A DNA stretch of 64,000 nucleotides from IMG/VR virus record IMGVR_UViG_3300045988_125731, positions 1-64,000 of that record, one strand, 5' to 3'. Source of the DNA: a virus. Below are positions 14,503 through 25,388 of the stretch, one piece after another. The notes beneath the pieces are model-generated. The model made no database searches. It was not told where the DNA came from and saw only the letters and a program-made list of their open reading frames with translations. Position 1 is the stretch's first letter, and every line of letters starts with the position of its first letter. A program made the position numbers and the translations under genes.

Positions 14503-16356
14503 ATGAATATAGCGAATTACCGTTCTCCTAATGATTATTACAAGGCTCTTTTGCAATTATTACCTATAAAAGAATTTAAGGGTAATGTAGGACTTAATAA
14601 ACAAGACAAACAGTATAAGGCTGTATATAGATGGACACAGTATTTTAGGCGTTATCCAGCACAACTTGCTAAGTTGTATGGGTTACACTTACACCCATTT
14701 CAAGAGTATATCTTAACAATGTGGTTTAGAAATAACTATGGAATGTATATTGCAGCGAGAGGTCAAGGAAAAACGTATCTTATGGCTGTGTTCTGTTTAT
14801 TAAAAATGATTCTGTATCCTAACATTAAAATTGTTGTAGCAGGTGGTGTAAAATCACAGGCTGCTAAAATTGTCACAGAAAAAATACCACAAATTTTATT
14901 ACAAGCACCATTATTTAATAATGAAATTGCTGAAATTAAAAACAACTTAAATACAGTAGACTATAACCTTCGTATGCATAATGGTTCTTTATTGCATATT
15001 GTAGCAGCGACTGATAATGCTCGTTCTGGTCGTGCTCAAATTTTAATATGTGATGAATTCCGTATGATAAAGAAAGAAGTATATTCAACTGTATTAAAGA
15101 GATTTTTAACTGATTCACGTTTAGTTGGTTATAGATTTAAGCCTGAGTGGAAAGATTATCCACTTGAAAGAAACCAAGAATTTTTCCTTTCATCTGCTTA
15201 TTTAAAGTCTAATTGGTCTTGGGAGAAATTACAAGCCCATTTAAAGCAAATGGTGAGAGGAAAGAAATATTCTTTAGTTGCTTTTCCTTATCAAATCTCA
15301 ATTAAATATAAGTTGTTAAACCCAGAACAAATATTAGATGAAGCAGAAGAATCAGACTTTAATCCACTGCTATTCCAGATGGAAATGGAGTGTCAATTTT
15401 ATGGTCAGTCTGATAAAGCGTTTTTTAAAGATAAAGAACTTTATGATAGTCGTAGGATACCTTATCCTGTTTATCCTAGGGCATATTATGAAAAGCCTTT
15501 GATAAAAGATAAGAAGTTTAGACCTGATTTAAGAAAGAATGGAGAAATTCGTTTGTTGTGTGTCGATATAGCGACTATGGCAGGTAAAGCGAATGACGCC
15601 AGTGCTTTTATTTTGCTTAGACTAATTCCAGACAAACGGGGCTACTTAAGGCAAGTTTCATATATTGAAACAATGGAAGGTGGACATACTCAAACACAAG
15701 CGTTAAATATTAATAGGTTATATTATGGTCTTGATTGCGATTATATCGTTCTTGACCGACAAAATGCAGGTATAGGTGTATATGATACACTTGTATTGCC
15801 TTTATATGACCCAGAATTAGGTATTACGTACGACCCTTTATGTTCTATTAACGATGAAGAAATGGTCGCTCGTTGCCCTTATAATGACGCTGAGAGAGTA
15901 ATTTACACTATTGCTGCCTCTGAGTCTTTCAATGATAAGATAGCGAGAGAATTAAAAGATGCATTAATGCGACATAGAATTGAATTATTAGGAGATTCTG
16001 AAGTTGCACAAACTTATTTTGATTCATTCCCTAACTATTTTGAATTACCAGCAGAGGTAAAAAATACATTAAAATCACCTTATGATGAAACTGAAAGTCT
16101 AATTCTTGAGATGGTACAACTAGAAAAATCTTTTGGTAATACTTCGCAAGCTTATTTAAGATTAAAGACAGTAGGAAAAAATCGTAAGGACAGATATACT
16201 GCTTTAGCATATGGCAATTATATTGCTAATGAACTAGAACGTAATAACTTTAAACCAAGTGATAATTTAACACTTGTTGAAGGTTTTGCAAGACTAAATG
16301 GTTCTTCGTCTATTGGAGGACAAAGAACAAGTTTAAGAAATAAATTTATTATTTAA
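14503..16356 (+). CDS. terL: terminase large subunit
   Basis: Walker A AARGQGKT, Walker B ILICDEF. The size (617 aa) and position before the portal gene fit. Confidence 0.8.
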   Translation: MNIANYRSPNDYYKALLQLLPIKEFKGNVGLNKQDKQYKAVYRWTQYFRRYPAQLAKLYGLHLHPFQEYILTMWFRNNYGMYIAARGQGKTYLMAVFCLLKMILYPNIKIVVAGGVKSQAAKIVTEKIPQILLQAPLFNNEIAEIKNNLNTVDYNLRMHNGSLLHIVAATDNARSGRAQILICDEFRMIKKEVYSTVLKRFLTDSRLVGYRFKPEWKDYPLERNQEFFLSSAYLKSNWSWEKLQAHLKQMVRGKKYSLVAFPYQISIKYKLLNPEQILDEAEESDFNPLLFQMEMECQFYGQSDKAFFKDKELYDSRRIPYPVYPRAYYEKPLIKDKKFRPDLRKNGEIRLLCVDIATMAGKANDASAFILLRLIPDKRGYLRQVSYIETMEGGHTQTQALNINRLYYGLDCDYIVLDRQNAGIGVYDTLVLPLYDPELGITYDPLCSINDEEMVARCPYNDAERVIYTIAASESFNDKIARELKDALMRHRIELLGDSEVAQTYFDSFPNYFELPAEVKNTLKSPYDETESLILEMVQLEKSFGNTSQAYLRLKTVGKNRKDRYTALAYGNYIANELERNNFKPSDNLTLVEGFARLNGSSSIGGQRTSLRNKFII

Positions 16357-16370
16357 AGGAAGGAGGATAT

Positions 16371-17981
16371 ATGGCACAAAAAAAGAATAAACCAGCCACA
16401 CCAGAACAAATCAAGATAATTGAAGATACGTTAGGCGAGAGTCTTCAAGAATTTGCTGCAAAAATGAGTGATAAAGCATATAGAGAAGTGTTTGCTCGCA
16501 ATCTACATAAAGATTTACGAAGAATAGAAACTATTACAAAAGATAGTGCTGCAAAAGGAATGTATCAACCTATTCTATCTAATGATTATGTAAACAATAT
16601 CAACTATTCTCCACTTCCAGCTACAAGTGATACGCTCAGTCGTTGGTTGTGTAATCCAAGACAATATGCCGATAATTTACGTAGTCTTAGTCAATATTTA
16701 TCATATGTTGTAGGGCAATATAAAAATTTCCTTGATTACAAATGTGCTTTACCAGCATATAATTATGTGCTTACTTCCTTAGCTCCAGAAATTATACCTG
16801 GAGAAGAAAAGGTATTTAAAGAAGATTTAGCCAAAGTATATGATTTATTACGTAGATTGAACATAAAATATCAAAGTTCAAGAATTAGAAAAGCGTGTGC
16901 TTATGATGGTGTATATTATTGTTATATAAATAGAACTAATGAAAGCAACTATTTAATACAACTTCCTTCCGCTGCTTGTTATATTACAGCACCTTGGGGA
17001 TACGGTTGGCGTTTTTGCGTAGACTTAGCGTATTTTGATAAATACATTGGACTAAAAGATGTTATTCCAGAATTAAGTGCTGCTTATGAGGCTTTTATTC
17101 AAGCAAGAGAAGCCGCTATTAGGGGTGAAGATGTTGTACCACAACAATATTATTTAATGCCAGTAGAAAAATCTTGGTGCTTTACATCAGACATTTTACA
17201 CGCTGATGTAGTTCCAGAAGGTGCTAGTACAATGGGTGCTGCCTTAGATATTTTGTCTTACAAGAATGTTTTAAAAAATAAACTTATTTATGAACTATAT
17301 AAGATTATTGCTTTAAAAATTCCTATGAAGAAGAGTGGCGACCAATTGGCTATTACGTTCCAAGAAGCACAACAAATGATAGAAGCAATTAAAGCCGAAC
17401 TTCCAGAAAACGTTACTGCTTACGCTTCTCCATTTGATAGTTTAGCAATTCCAACAGACCAAGTAGATAATCTATCTTCTTATGTTAATTTAGGAACTGA
17501 TAGTTTTTCATCTTCTAGTGGTATTCCACAAGCATTTTTAGGTGGCGATGATGAACTTCATCAAGGAAGTGCCTTAACAGTCGTTAATAATATTGAATTT
17601 GTAAAAACTTCTAAAGATTTTTACAGTCAAATTGAAAATTTTGTTAACTTCCAATTACAAATATTACCAACAAGATATAAATTTGCTATTCATATGTTTG
17701 GTAATGCAACAGAAAAAGAAAAAGAAATTAGTCTTTATGCGGGTTTAATTACAACTATGAATTTAAGTCCAGAGTGGGCATTAGCCGCTATGGGGTTAGA
17801 GCCATATGAGATTAAGTCAACATTACAAATGAGTGATATGCTTGGCACAAGAGATTTATTAAAACCAATTGTAACAGCATATAATGGAGCAGCAGCACAA
17901 AAATCAGCAGGACGTCCTCAAGAAAGCGAAGATGGTTCTACAAGTGATGGGGCTTCCATTCATAGAGACTATCAAGAATAG
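16371..17981 (+). CDS. portal protein (putative)
   Basis: 536 aa, immediately after terL, with an acidic C-terminus. Called on synteny and size. Confidence 0.55.
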   Translation: MAQKKNKPATPEQIKIIEDTLGESLQEFAAKMSDKAYREVFARNLHKDLRRIETITKDSAAKGMYQPILSNDYVNNINYSPLPATSDTLSRWLCNPRQYADNLRSLSQYLSYVVGQYKNFLDYKCALPAYNYVLTSLAPEIIPGEEKVFKEDLAKVYDLLRRLNIKYQSSRIRKACAYDGVYYCYINRTNESNYLIQLPSAACYITAPWGYGWRFCVDLAYFDKYIGLKDVIPELSAAYEAFIQAREAAIRGEDVVPQQYYLMPVEKSWCFTSDILHADVVPEGASTMGAALDILSYKNVLKNKLIYELYKIIALKIPMKKSGDQLAITFQEAQQMIEAIKAELPENVTAYASPFDSLAIPTDQVDNLSSYVNLGTDSFSSSSGIPQAFLGGDDELHQGSALTVVNNIEFVKTSKDFYSQIENFVNFQLQILPTRYKFAIHMFGNATEKEKEISLYAGLITTMNLSPEWALAAMGLEPYEIKSTLQMSDMLGTRDLLKPIVTAYNGAAAQKSAGRPQESEDGSTSDGASIHRDYQE

Positions 17982-18001
17982 GGAAGAAAGGAGGACACGA
18001 A

Positions 18002-18520
18002 ATGCAATTTGTAAACGAAAATACTAGACAGTATTTATCAAAGTTATTTTTACACGAATTTAGAAACGCATACATTTATTCTTATGTTTCTTCTTATCTT
18101 GCAACTATTGGACTAGCTCATTTTTCTGAATTCTTTAAAATTCGCTCTCACGAAGAATTTAAACATTCTGAATGGGTTAGAGAGTTTTGTGAAGAAAAGA
18201 ATATAATGTTAGATTTTGGCAGTCCAATTGAAGGTTTTGATTACGACCTTAGTTTGCAACCTATTTCTTATTTTACTCAATTAGCATATGATGTAGAAAT
18301 GGATACAAACCGTTTATGGGATTCTTTCTTTGACGCTGTTTATGTAGAAGGAAATTCCAGATTACTTATTAGTTTAGCCATTAAGTTCCAAGACGAACAA
18401 AATGAAGAGACTAAATGGGCAACTGATTTAATGGACTTAGCGGAGAATCTTGGTGATGACAAAGCCAATTGGCAAAAGTTTGATGAAAAATTTGACCCTT
18501 ATAAGTACGGTGGAAAGTAA
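18002..18520 (+). CDS. hypothetical helical protein (172 aa)
   Basis: An ExxH-containing helical bundle signature, not conclusive. Confidence 0.4.
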   Translation: MQFVNENTRQYLSKLFLHEFRNAYIYSYVSSYLATIGLAHFSEFFKIRSHEEFKHSEWVREFCEEKNIMLDFGSPIEGFDYDLSLQPISYFTQLAYDVEMDTNRLWDSFFDAVYVEGNSRLLISLAIKFQDEQNEETKWATDLMDLAENLGDDKANWQKFDEKFDPYKYGGK

Positions 18521-18538
18521 TTGCTCTGGAGAAATTAT

Positions 18539-18766
18539 ATGAAAATAGTAGGTTTGACAAAAGAACAATTACAAGACAAAGAACAATTTTACCAATGTGG
18601 TAGTAGAAAACTATGTCATTGGTTAATGACCTCAAAACAAACATTTCCAGTTTATTCTTATGTACACACTAATGGTAAGACTATTAGTGTTTTTGTAATG
18701 AATAAAGAATTAAGTGAATATTTGCACGAGTGGTCAAATGCTAAAAACACAAAATTTGTAAAATAA
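18539..18766 (+). CDS. hypothetical small protein
   Basis: ATG after a GGAGAAA RBS. The ORF-track TTG start lies 18 nt upstream. Confidence 0.4.
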   Translation: MKIVGLTKEQLQDKEQFYQCGSRKLCHWLMTSKQTFPVYSYVHTNGKTISVFVMNKELSEYLHEWSNAKNTKFVK

Positions 18767-18782
18767 TAGAAAGGAGAAAACA

Positions 18783-20759
18783 GTGGACGAAAATCAATTA
18801 TTAGAACCTACACCAACACAAAGTGTATTTCTTAATTTAGATAAGATTAAACTTCTAGAAGAAGATGATGACATTATGTTGGTTGACCTTTGGTTACTTC
18901 ACGAAGGTCGCAATCGCAACAAATGTGATTTGAAAAAAGAAGTTATTGAAGAAGCTATTCCTTCTTTCTATAATAAGTTTATCGTATATAAATTCGATAA
19001 TTCTTATTATCCAACAGATGTGGCAGAACATAACAAAAGCCTTAATGACACATCAATGAATATCGCTGGAATTATTCTTAAAGATACAGGATATAAATGG
19101 GTTAAGAAAAATGGCAAAAATTATTTAGTAATGTGCGGAGCAATAAGCAAAGTATATCAACCTATTCTTGCTAATATCATCAAGAAACGTGGTGGCAATA
19201 TGAAAATTTCTATTGAAATATTACTTCCAGAAGATGATGTTAAGAATAAAGATGAAGATGGATATATCGTACCTTCTTTTATTAGACTAAGAGGGGTTGC
19301 TTTACTAGGACAAAATATCCAAGAGGGTATTGAAGGTTCACATTTAGATGTAACTAAATTTGCTCTAGTAACTAATTCATTCTTAGACAATGACAACGTA
19401 CAAATTATTGAAAAGAAATATAATCCATTATTGAAAGGTACAGTTATGTCCCATATTGAAGATAATTCTAAGAAATTTATAAAAGATGAGAGCTCTGAAG
19501 GAAAGGAGGAAGGAACAATGCAAACAGTTAACAATTCTCTAAGTGCAAGAACTATTGAAGAAAAGATTTGGGTATTTTTAAAAGATTATAAATATAGTGA
19601 TGGCGATTGGGAAGGTCGTAAATATTATATCGAAGATATTTATCCAGATGAACATTTTGCAATTATTCGTGATAATGAAACTGGTAAAATATATAAACTT
19701 CCTTATGAACTAGACGCTGATGGTGAAGAAGTTAGTATTGAACGTGATAAGATGTCTGCTTTAAAAGAAGTAGTTAAAAAAGAACATTACGTTGAAAAAG
19801 ACCACGAAGACCACGTTATTCATAATGTTTATAATTTATTATGTAATGCTGAAGATTTTGGAACTGGCAGTGAAATTAAGATTGATGAATCTGAAGAAGC
19901 TGTTAGTGATACTCCTTGGGGAGAAGTAGACAAAACTGATTTAAGAAATAAGGTTTTAGAAGCTTCAAACTATAAAGAGCTTGTACATAAGGTATATGCC
20001 TTAGTAGAAGAAGGTTGGGAGGAAGCTCCTAGCGAAAAATTAAAATATCCTATTATGGAAATCAAAGGCGGAAAAGCAGTTTACAATAAAGGTGGACTTG
20101 CTAGTGCTTTAGGTTATGCTAAGAAAGAAAATGAAGAGGAAGTAATCTCTAAAGTTGAGAAAATTCGTGAAGAATTAGACCTTGACGAAGATTCAGACGA
20201 TAAGAAAGCTGTTAAAGAAAACAGTTTAGAACCAGGTGACTTAGGTACTCCTGACGAATTTGCAACACGTATGGCTGAACTTCAAGAAGCTTTAGCAAAA
20301 TCAGAAGAAGAATGTGCTTCACTACGTGCTTCTCTAGATGATAAGTGTAAAGAATTTGAAGAAGTAAAAGCAAAATGTGATGTATTCGAAAGAGAAAAAG
20401 AAGTTATCTCTATGAGAGAGTTCCTTGACAAGTATTCACGATGCTTTGATGAAGAAACTATAGAAGAACTTAACAAAAAGACAGAAGAAATGTCTTATTG
20501 TGATTTTGAAAAATTAGTTAAAGATAAAGTATGTGAATATGTTGCAAAATCACAAGATGGTAAAAAACAAGGAAAGGTACAAGAAGATGAAGATGACCTA
20601 ACTGCTGGTCAAGAAGACAAGGCTAAAAAGGCTATTCAAGGCGGTTATGGTTTTGAACCACTACCATTCTCTTACACTTTACCTCAATCTAACAATGGTA
20701 ATGATACTATAACTAAAGAATCATTATACGAGCGTTATGCTCACATATTTGACAAATAA
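18783..20759 (+). CDS. putative prohead protease / scaffolding-like protein (658 aa)
   Basis: Sits between the portal and capsid genes. The C-terminal 200 aa is acidic with coiled-coil character, which is scaffold-like. Confidence 0.4.
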   Translation: MDENQLLEPTPTQSVFLNLDKIKLLEEDDDIMLVDLWLLHEGRNRNKCDLKKEVIEEAIPSFYNKFIVYKFDNSYYPTDVAEHNKSLNDTSMNIAGIILKDTGYKWVKKNGKNYLVMCGAISKVYQPILANIIKKRGGNMKISIEILLPEDDVKNKDEDGYIVPSFIRLRGVALLGQNIQEGIEGSHLDVTKFALVTNSFLDNDNVQIIEKKYNPLLKGTVMSHIEDNSKKFIKDESSEGKEEGTMQTVNNSLSARTIEEKIWVFLKDYKYSDGDWEGRKYYIEDIYPDEHFAIIRDNETGKIYKLPYELDADGEEVSIERDKMSALKEVVKKEHYVEKDHEDHVIHNVYNLLCNAEDFGTGSEIKIDESEEAVSDTPWGEVDKTDLRNKVLEASNYKELVHKVYALVEEGWEEAPSEKLKYPIMEIKGGKAVYNKGGLASALGYAKKENEEEVISKVEKIREELDLDEDSDDKKAVKENSLEPGDLGTPDEFATRMAELQEALAKSEEECASLRASLDDKCKEFEEVKAKCDVFEREKEVISMREFLDKYSRCFDEETIEELNKKTEEMSYCDFEKLVKDKVCEYVAKSQDGKKQGKVQEDEDDLTAGQEDKAKKAIQGGYGFEPLPFSYTLPQSNNGNDTITKESLYERYAHIFDK

Positions 20760-20829
20760 AAATAAAACACATAGTTACAAAATGATAACTATAATTTAAC
20801 AAAAAAATCTAAAAGGAGAAAAAATAATT

Positions 20830-21348
20830 ATGGCAAATTATGTTGCTTATCCTGTAAAACGTGTTCCTGATTATTTAATTTTTAACGCCGTAGTTCCTAC
20901 TGGCGAAAAATTCCACATCGGCACTGTTGTTGAATTAGAATCTATGACAGGTGCTGGAAACTGTAATGTATGGACAGTTACTAAACCTGCTGCTACTGCT
21001 AAGCACGTTGGTTTAATCATTGCTGCTGATTTTGAAACATTAGCAGATGGTAGACGTCCTGCTGGTAATCCAGACTTCACAACTTATGAAATTCCTGCTG
21101 GTTCAGTTGTTACTGTTGTAATGCTTGAAAAGTTTATGGAATTTGAAATTTCTAAAGACATTTTAGCTGACCAAACTAATGTTGCTGCTGGCAATTTCTT
21201 AGTATGTAACGGCTCTTACTCACTTGCAACTGCTGCAGCTTCTGCTGGCAATCCTGTTGAATTAAAGATTTTCGCTGATGGATACTTCCGTAACGGTGGA
21301 AACGCTGGTGCTGGCTTTGTTCCTACACTATTTGTACGTGTTGAATAA
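20830..21348 (+). CDS. head-associated protein (172 aa; decoration or scaffold candidate)
   Basis: Ala/Gly/Val-rich, immediately upstream of the capsid gene. Confidence 0.35.
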   Translation: MANYVAYPVKRVPDYLIFNAVVPTGEKFHIGTVVELESMTGAGNCNVWTVTKPAATAKHVGLIIAADFETLADGRRPAGNPDFTTYEIPAGSVVTVVMLEKFMEFEISKDILADQTNVAAGNFLVCNGSYSLATAAASAGNPVELKIFADGYFRNGGNAGAGFVPTLFVRVE

Positions 21349-21381
21349 TTTAAGAAAGGTTAGAAGGAAGGAGAAAACTCT

Positions 21382-22518
21382 ATGAAAAACACTAATATTA
21401 ATGTTTTAACATTTTCTGGCGAAGAATATGCAGCACCTCTAGCACTTGCTAATGGATTAAAAGACATTATCAAAGCTGCTGCTTATACTCGTTATGGATA
21501 TACTAATATGGTTCAAAAATTCTCTCTTGACAATTACAATGAAGAGATGAATAAAAATAAAAAAGCAATTCTTGGCTATTGTAAAGAAGTATCTCACGTT
21601 ATTGCTGATTTCTCAACAAAAACTGGACTAGCTGCTGCTTTCGATAACTCAAATTTCACAACAATGTTCAACTCTATTATAGCAACAGCATTAAGAGGCG
21701 TTATGGTTGAAGCCGTATCTCCACAATTAAATGCTTTATGTAATATCGTAACAGTTGACCTTGGTGATTCTTACACTTGGGAAATCGATACTAAAGGTTT
21801 ACCAATTGCTCAAAGAGCTTCTTATAATGACAACGTAGCAATTTTAAGAGGACACGCTGCTGGTAGTATCACTGTTAAACCAAGACCTTATAGCCTTGGT
21901 ACAACTATTGACTACATCAGAATTTTAGCTAATGACTATGACCTAGGTGCTGAACTTGCACGTGTACAATTAGGTATGTTATATGCTCAATATAAACTAG
22001 TTGTTAACACAATCTTTAATAGTGCTAATATCGTTGATACTGCTCTAGTAAGTGCTGCTTGGAATGCTACTACATTCGTTCAATTAGCAAGCGATATTAA
22101 GATGTTAAATGGTGGTGCTGGTGTTACTGCTTATGGTACACTTACTGCATTTAATAAGATTAGTGCTTTAGCTACAACTGGCGGATATGGTTTCGTATCA
22201 CAAGATGAAATCATCAGAAATGGATACCTTGGCAAGATTTATGGTGTAGATTGTGTTGTTATTGACCAAGCTACTGACTTCTCTGCTCCATTTACAACTG
22301 CTAACGCTGCTAACTTACGTTTAGTTCCAGATAACTATATCGTTTTATTAAGCACAGTTGGTGATAAACCAGTTAAACTTGTTCGTGAAAACTATGTACG
22401 TGTTAGAATGATTGAAGCTATCGACAACTCTCTAAACCGTATTGAATACAACTACTTTATGAACTTCGACGCTGGTTACGCTACTCAATGCCATTACGGC
22501 TTACAAGCTACTAACTAA
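21382..22518 (+). CDS. major capsid protein (putative)
   Basis: 378 aa, with the codon bias of a highly expressed gene. Followed by a strong intrinsic terminator. Confidence 0.55.
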   Translation: MKNTNINVLTFSGEEYAAPLALANGLKDIIKAAAYTRYGYTNMVQKFSLDNYNEEMNKNKKAILGYCKEVSHVIADFSTKTGLAAAFDNSNFTTMFNSIIATALRGVMVEAVSPQLNALCNIVTVDLGDSYTWEIDTKGLPIAQRASYNDNVAILRGHAAGSITVKPRPYSLGTTIDYIRILANDYDLGAELARVQLGMLYAQYKLVVNTIFNSANIVDTALVSAAWNATTFVQLASDIKMLNGGAGVTAYGTLTAFNKISALATTGGYGFVSQDEIIRNGYLGKIYGVDCVVIDQATDFSAPFTTANAANLRLVPDNYIVLLSTVGDKPVKLVRENYVRVRMIEAIDNSLNRIEYNYFMNFDAGYATQCHYGLQATN

Positions 22519-22562
22519 TAAGTAGTTTATAACTTAGACAACCCGTTATAATATAACATAAA

Positions 22563-22617
22563 ATAGGTCTTCGTCATATGGCGTCGTATGATGTTTTAGG
22601 CGAAGACCTATTTTTTA
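22563..22617 (+). terminator. rho-independent terminator after the capsid gene
   Basis: 11-bp stem ATAGGTCTTCG/CGAAGACCTAT followed by TTTTTT. Confidence 0.6.
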
Positions 22618-22643
22618 CTAATAGAAAGGAAATTTATAGAAGT

Positions 22644-23321
22644 ATGCCAAATACAAATCCAATTATAGAACAAAAACCAAAACGTAAATCTAGTGCTAAA
22701 GATGAAAAAATCCGTCAACTCGAAGAGATGATAGAAAATAATAATAAAACTATTCAAGCCTTACAACAAATGTTACTAAATATGCAAGCAGGTTCAATGG
22801 CTCAACCTACAGCATCAGGATATACTGATGAAGAAGTTGAAATGATTGGACATTCTGTCTACCCAGTTCGTTTAGGCACACCAGATAAAAGAATCGATTA
22901 TGAATTCCCTAATGGCGATGTTAAAAATGTTAGCGTAGCAGATTTAAAAGAGTTATTAAAGGGCAATGTTTGTAACTTAAAAGGTTTATTAGAACGAGGC
23001 GTTATTTCTTTTATTGACGAAGAAAACTATGAAAAATTCCATATCAGAAAGTATACTATACTATCTGAAGATTATTTTAAACATTGGTTATTAGAAGAGA
23101 GTCCAGAAAAAGCAGTTGAAGAATTTAATAGATTCACTAATAATAAGACTGATTTTATTGCACTTCATCAACTTGTTTATGGACTCGGCTATATTCTAAT
23201 GACAACTACGACATTTAACAATTGGAACTATAATTCCAGAGTTAAAGTTGAAGAATTCTTCGGTCGTAAAATGGAAGATGTTATTTCATCTATAAAAGCC
23301 TATGAGAATCGCCCACAATAA
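22644..23321 (+). CDS. head-tail joining / structural protein (hypothetical)
   Basis: ATG at 22644 after an AAAGGAAA RBS. The ORF-track start at 22578 lies inside the terminator hairpin. Has an N-terminal coiled-coil. Confidence 0.45.
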   Translation: MPNTNPIIEQKPKRKSSAKDEKIRQLEEMIENNNKTIQALQQMLLNMQAGSMAQPTASGYTDEEVEMIGHSVYPVRLGTPDKRIDYEFPNGDVKNVSVADLKELLKGNVCNLKGLLERGVISFIDEENYEKFHIRKYTILSEDYFKHWLLEESPEKAVEEFNRFTNNKTDFIALHQLVYGLGYILMTTTTFNNWNYNSRVKVEEFFGRKMEDVISSIKAYENRPQ

Positions 23322-23343
23322 TATTGTGAGATAAGAAAGGAGA

Positions 23344-24411
23344 GTGACAGTTTTGGGAACAACTTTTGATGATATATACTGTCAGTCAAGATTATTAAAA
23401 CTTGAGAAGGTTCTCTCTTCGCTCCCAAAACCTATGTATTATTCTCTAAATTTTAGATGGCTTAGATATGCAATTTCATTATTTGAATTTGATATTATAC
23501 CACAATCTAAACTTACTGAATATACTCCTTTTTGGGAAAAAGATTTCAACTATGTGGGAGATGGAACCGACACAGAATTTGCCGTTCCTTATTACGATGT
23601 ACCTAATTCATTGCAGATTGGGGACAATGTAAAAGGAAAAACAATATACTTTAATACAGCTTTAACATCTACAAACTTTGGAACTGTTTTTAAAAATAAG
23701 TTATTAACTTTTGTAGGTCAAAAAGATGGCACTGTATATTCAATATATGAATTTAATAATGATGGCGAATTACAAGTAACAAAAACGCAAAATAGAAGTG
23801 AAGAAACACTAATATCTTTATATCGACCTACAGTAGGTTGGGTTAATGATTCTTTTACTTTACCAGGTGACCAAGATTACATTGTAACTAATGCTAGTAC
23901 GAACGATATTGCTCAACGCATTTTTGGTATGCTAGCCTCTTATAAGCCATATGTATTATCTACATATGTAGGCGTGAGAGAATATCAAGATAATTCTGTG
24001 TATGTAGAATCTACTAACTACAGTTATAAATTTCAACAAGACTACATTCTTTATACGTTTAATACAGCACCAAGTAACTTGAGTGATATTTGGATTTCTC
24101 CATATATTTCTGGTCAATTTGACAACGTATTAACTGAAAGAGAAATTACAATTCTTGCTGAAGGTATGGTAGTTCCATTCCTTGAAGAAAATAAAAATAA
24201 TGCTAAATTATCTCGTACATTCATTTATGGTGGCTCAACTAAGATGTATAGTACAGCTAATTTACTTGACAAGAATATTGCTAGTGCTGACGACCAACGT
24301 AATTGGGTACAAAGTTTAATTAGTGAATATTCTTATAAAATGCAATACAACACACAAAACCGTTTAAAACCTCTAGGAACCACTTGGCACGGCAGGGGTA
24401 GGGGGTGTTAG
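23344..24411 (+). CDS. structural protein (355 aa)
   Basis: GTG start after an AAGGAGAG RBS. The track coordinate and the printed sequence differ by 1 nt here. Confidence 0.45.
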   Translation: MTVLGTTFDDIYCQSRLLKLEKVLSSLPKPMYYSLNFRWLRYAISLFEFDIIPQSKLTEYTPFWEKDFNYVGDGTDTEFAVPYYDVPNSLQIGDNVKGKTIYFNTALTSTNFGTVFKNKLLTFVGQKDGTVYSIYEFNNDGELQVTKTQNRSEETLISLYRPTVGWVNDSFTLPGDQDYIVTNASTNDIAQRIFGMLASYKPYVLSTYVGVREYQDNSVYVESTNYSYKFQQDYILYTFNTAPSNLSDIWISPYISGQFDNVLTEREITILAEGMVVPFLEENKNNAKLSRTFIYGGSTKMYSTANLLDKNIASADDQRNWVQSLISEYSYKMQYNTQNRLKPLGTTWHGRGRGC

Positions 24412-25380
24412 GTGAAATATCCAACATCTCATAATTTACAACCTTGTAGAGAAAGAATAAATTACATTAAAAGTATTGATTCTACCGCTGAAGATAATTT
24501 AGTAGATGAAATCAAAGATAGTTTTAAAGATAGTTTATCTTATAGACAAGTTTATAAAAATGAAATACCTGAAGTGAAATATGACACGTGGATATATAAT
24601 GGTAATAAACCAGACCAAATTGTTGGTTGGAAATATTTAGTTTCCTATCCTTATGATAATGTACAATTTGAAATAGGAGATATGATTTATTGGAATTATA
24701 AAGACCACGATAGCACATATTATCCTTGGTTAATGGTTTCTTTAGATACACAACATTATTATGATGTAAAAGGGCATATTGTTCTTTGTAATAATGTATT
24801 GGAGAGATACAAAGATGGCGTGCTAGTTTGGTCTTATCCGTGTGTCTTTAATAATAATATGAGTAGCACTGGACTTGCTCAAAGTTCTGAGGGTGTCCCA
24901 CAGGCTCAGGCTAACGCAGTAGTACAGGCTAGAAGAAACGAGTTTACTTCAACTATCGACATAAATGACCGTTTTGTGTTTAATGGAGGCACTTTCCAAG
25001 TAACACAAATTAACGACCATATTGCTCCAAATTATTTAGAGTTCTACTTTAAATACGTTCCTTCTATGGAAGAAGCCGTTGTCACACAGGAAAGTAAAGT
25101 ATTAATAACACCACAAGTTCTTAATGTACCACTTAATGTTGCACAAACATATGAGGTTTATAACTATATCAATGGTGAGAAGGCTGCTGATTCGTTTGAA
25201 ATAGTTATGGATATGAGAGGACAAGACGACAGTGATATTACTTTCGCTACTACGGACAATTCTTTCACAATTAAAACTACTCGTAAATACCCGTTACCAA
25301 TTACAATTACTTGTTCAGACAAAACCACTGCTGGTGTTAAGCCAGTTACAATAACAATTACACTAGGAAATAAATGGTAG
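24412..25380 (+). CDS. structural protein (322 aa)
   Basis: Contiguous ORF in the head-tail module. Confidence 0.45.
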   Translation: MKYPTSHNLQPCRERINYIKSIDSTAEDNLVDEIKDSFKDSLSYRQVYKNEIPEVKYDTWIYNGNKPDQIVGWKYLVSYPYDNVQFEIGDMIYWNYKDHDSTYYPWLMVSLDTQHYYDVKGHIVLCNNVLERYKDGVLVWSYPCVFNNNMSSTGLAQSSEGVPQAQANAVVQARRNEFTSTIDINDRFVFNGGTFQVTQINDHIAPNYLEFYFKYVPSMEEAVVTQESKVLITPQVLNVPLNVAQTYEVYNYINGEKAADSFEIVMDMRGQDDSDITFATTDNSFTIKTTRKYPLPITITCSDKTTAGVKPVTITITLGNKW

Positions 25381-25388
25381 GTGAGAAT

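Noticed and set aside
18002-18520. Ferritin/Dps-like di-iron protein
   Set aside because: Only a single ExxH and scattered Glu residues. The full two-ExxH ligand set is not present, so it is left as hypothetical.
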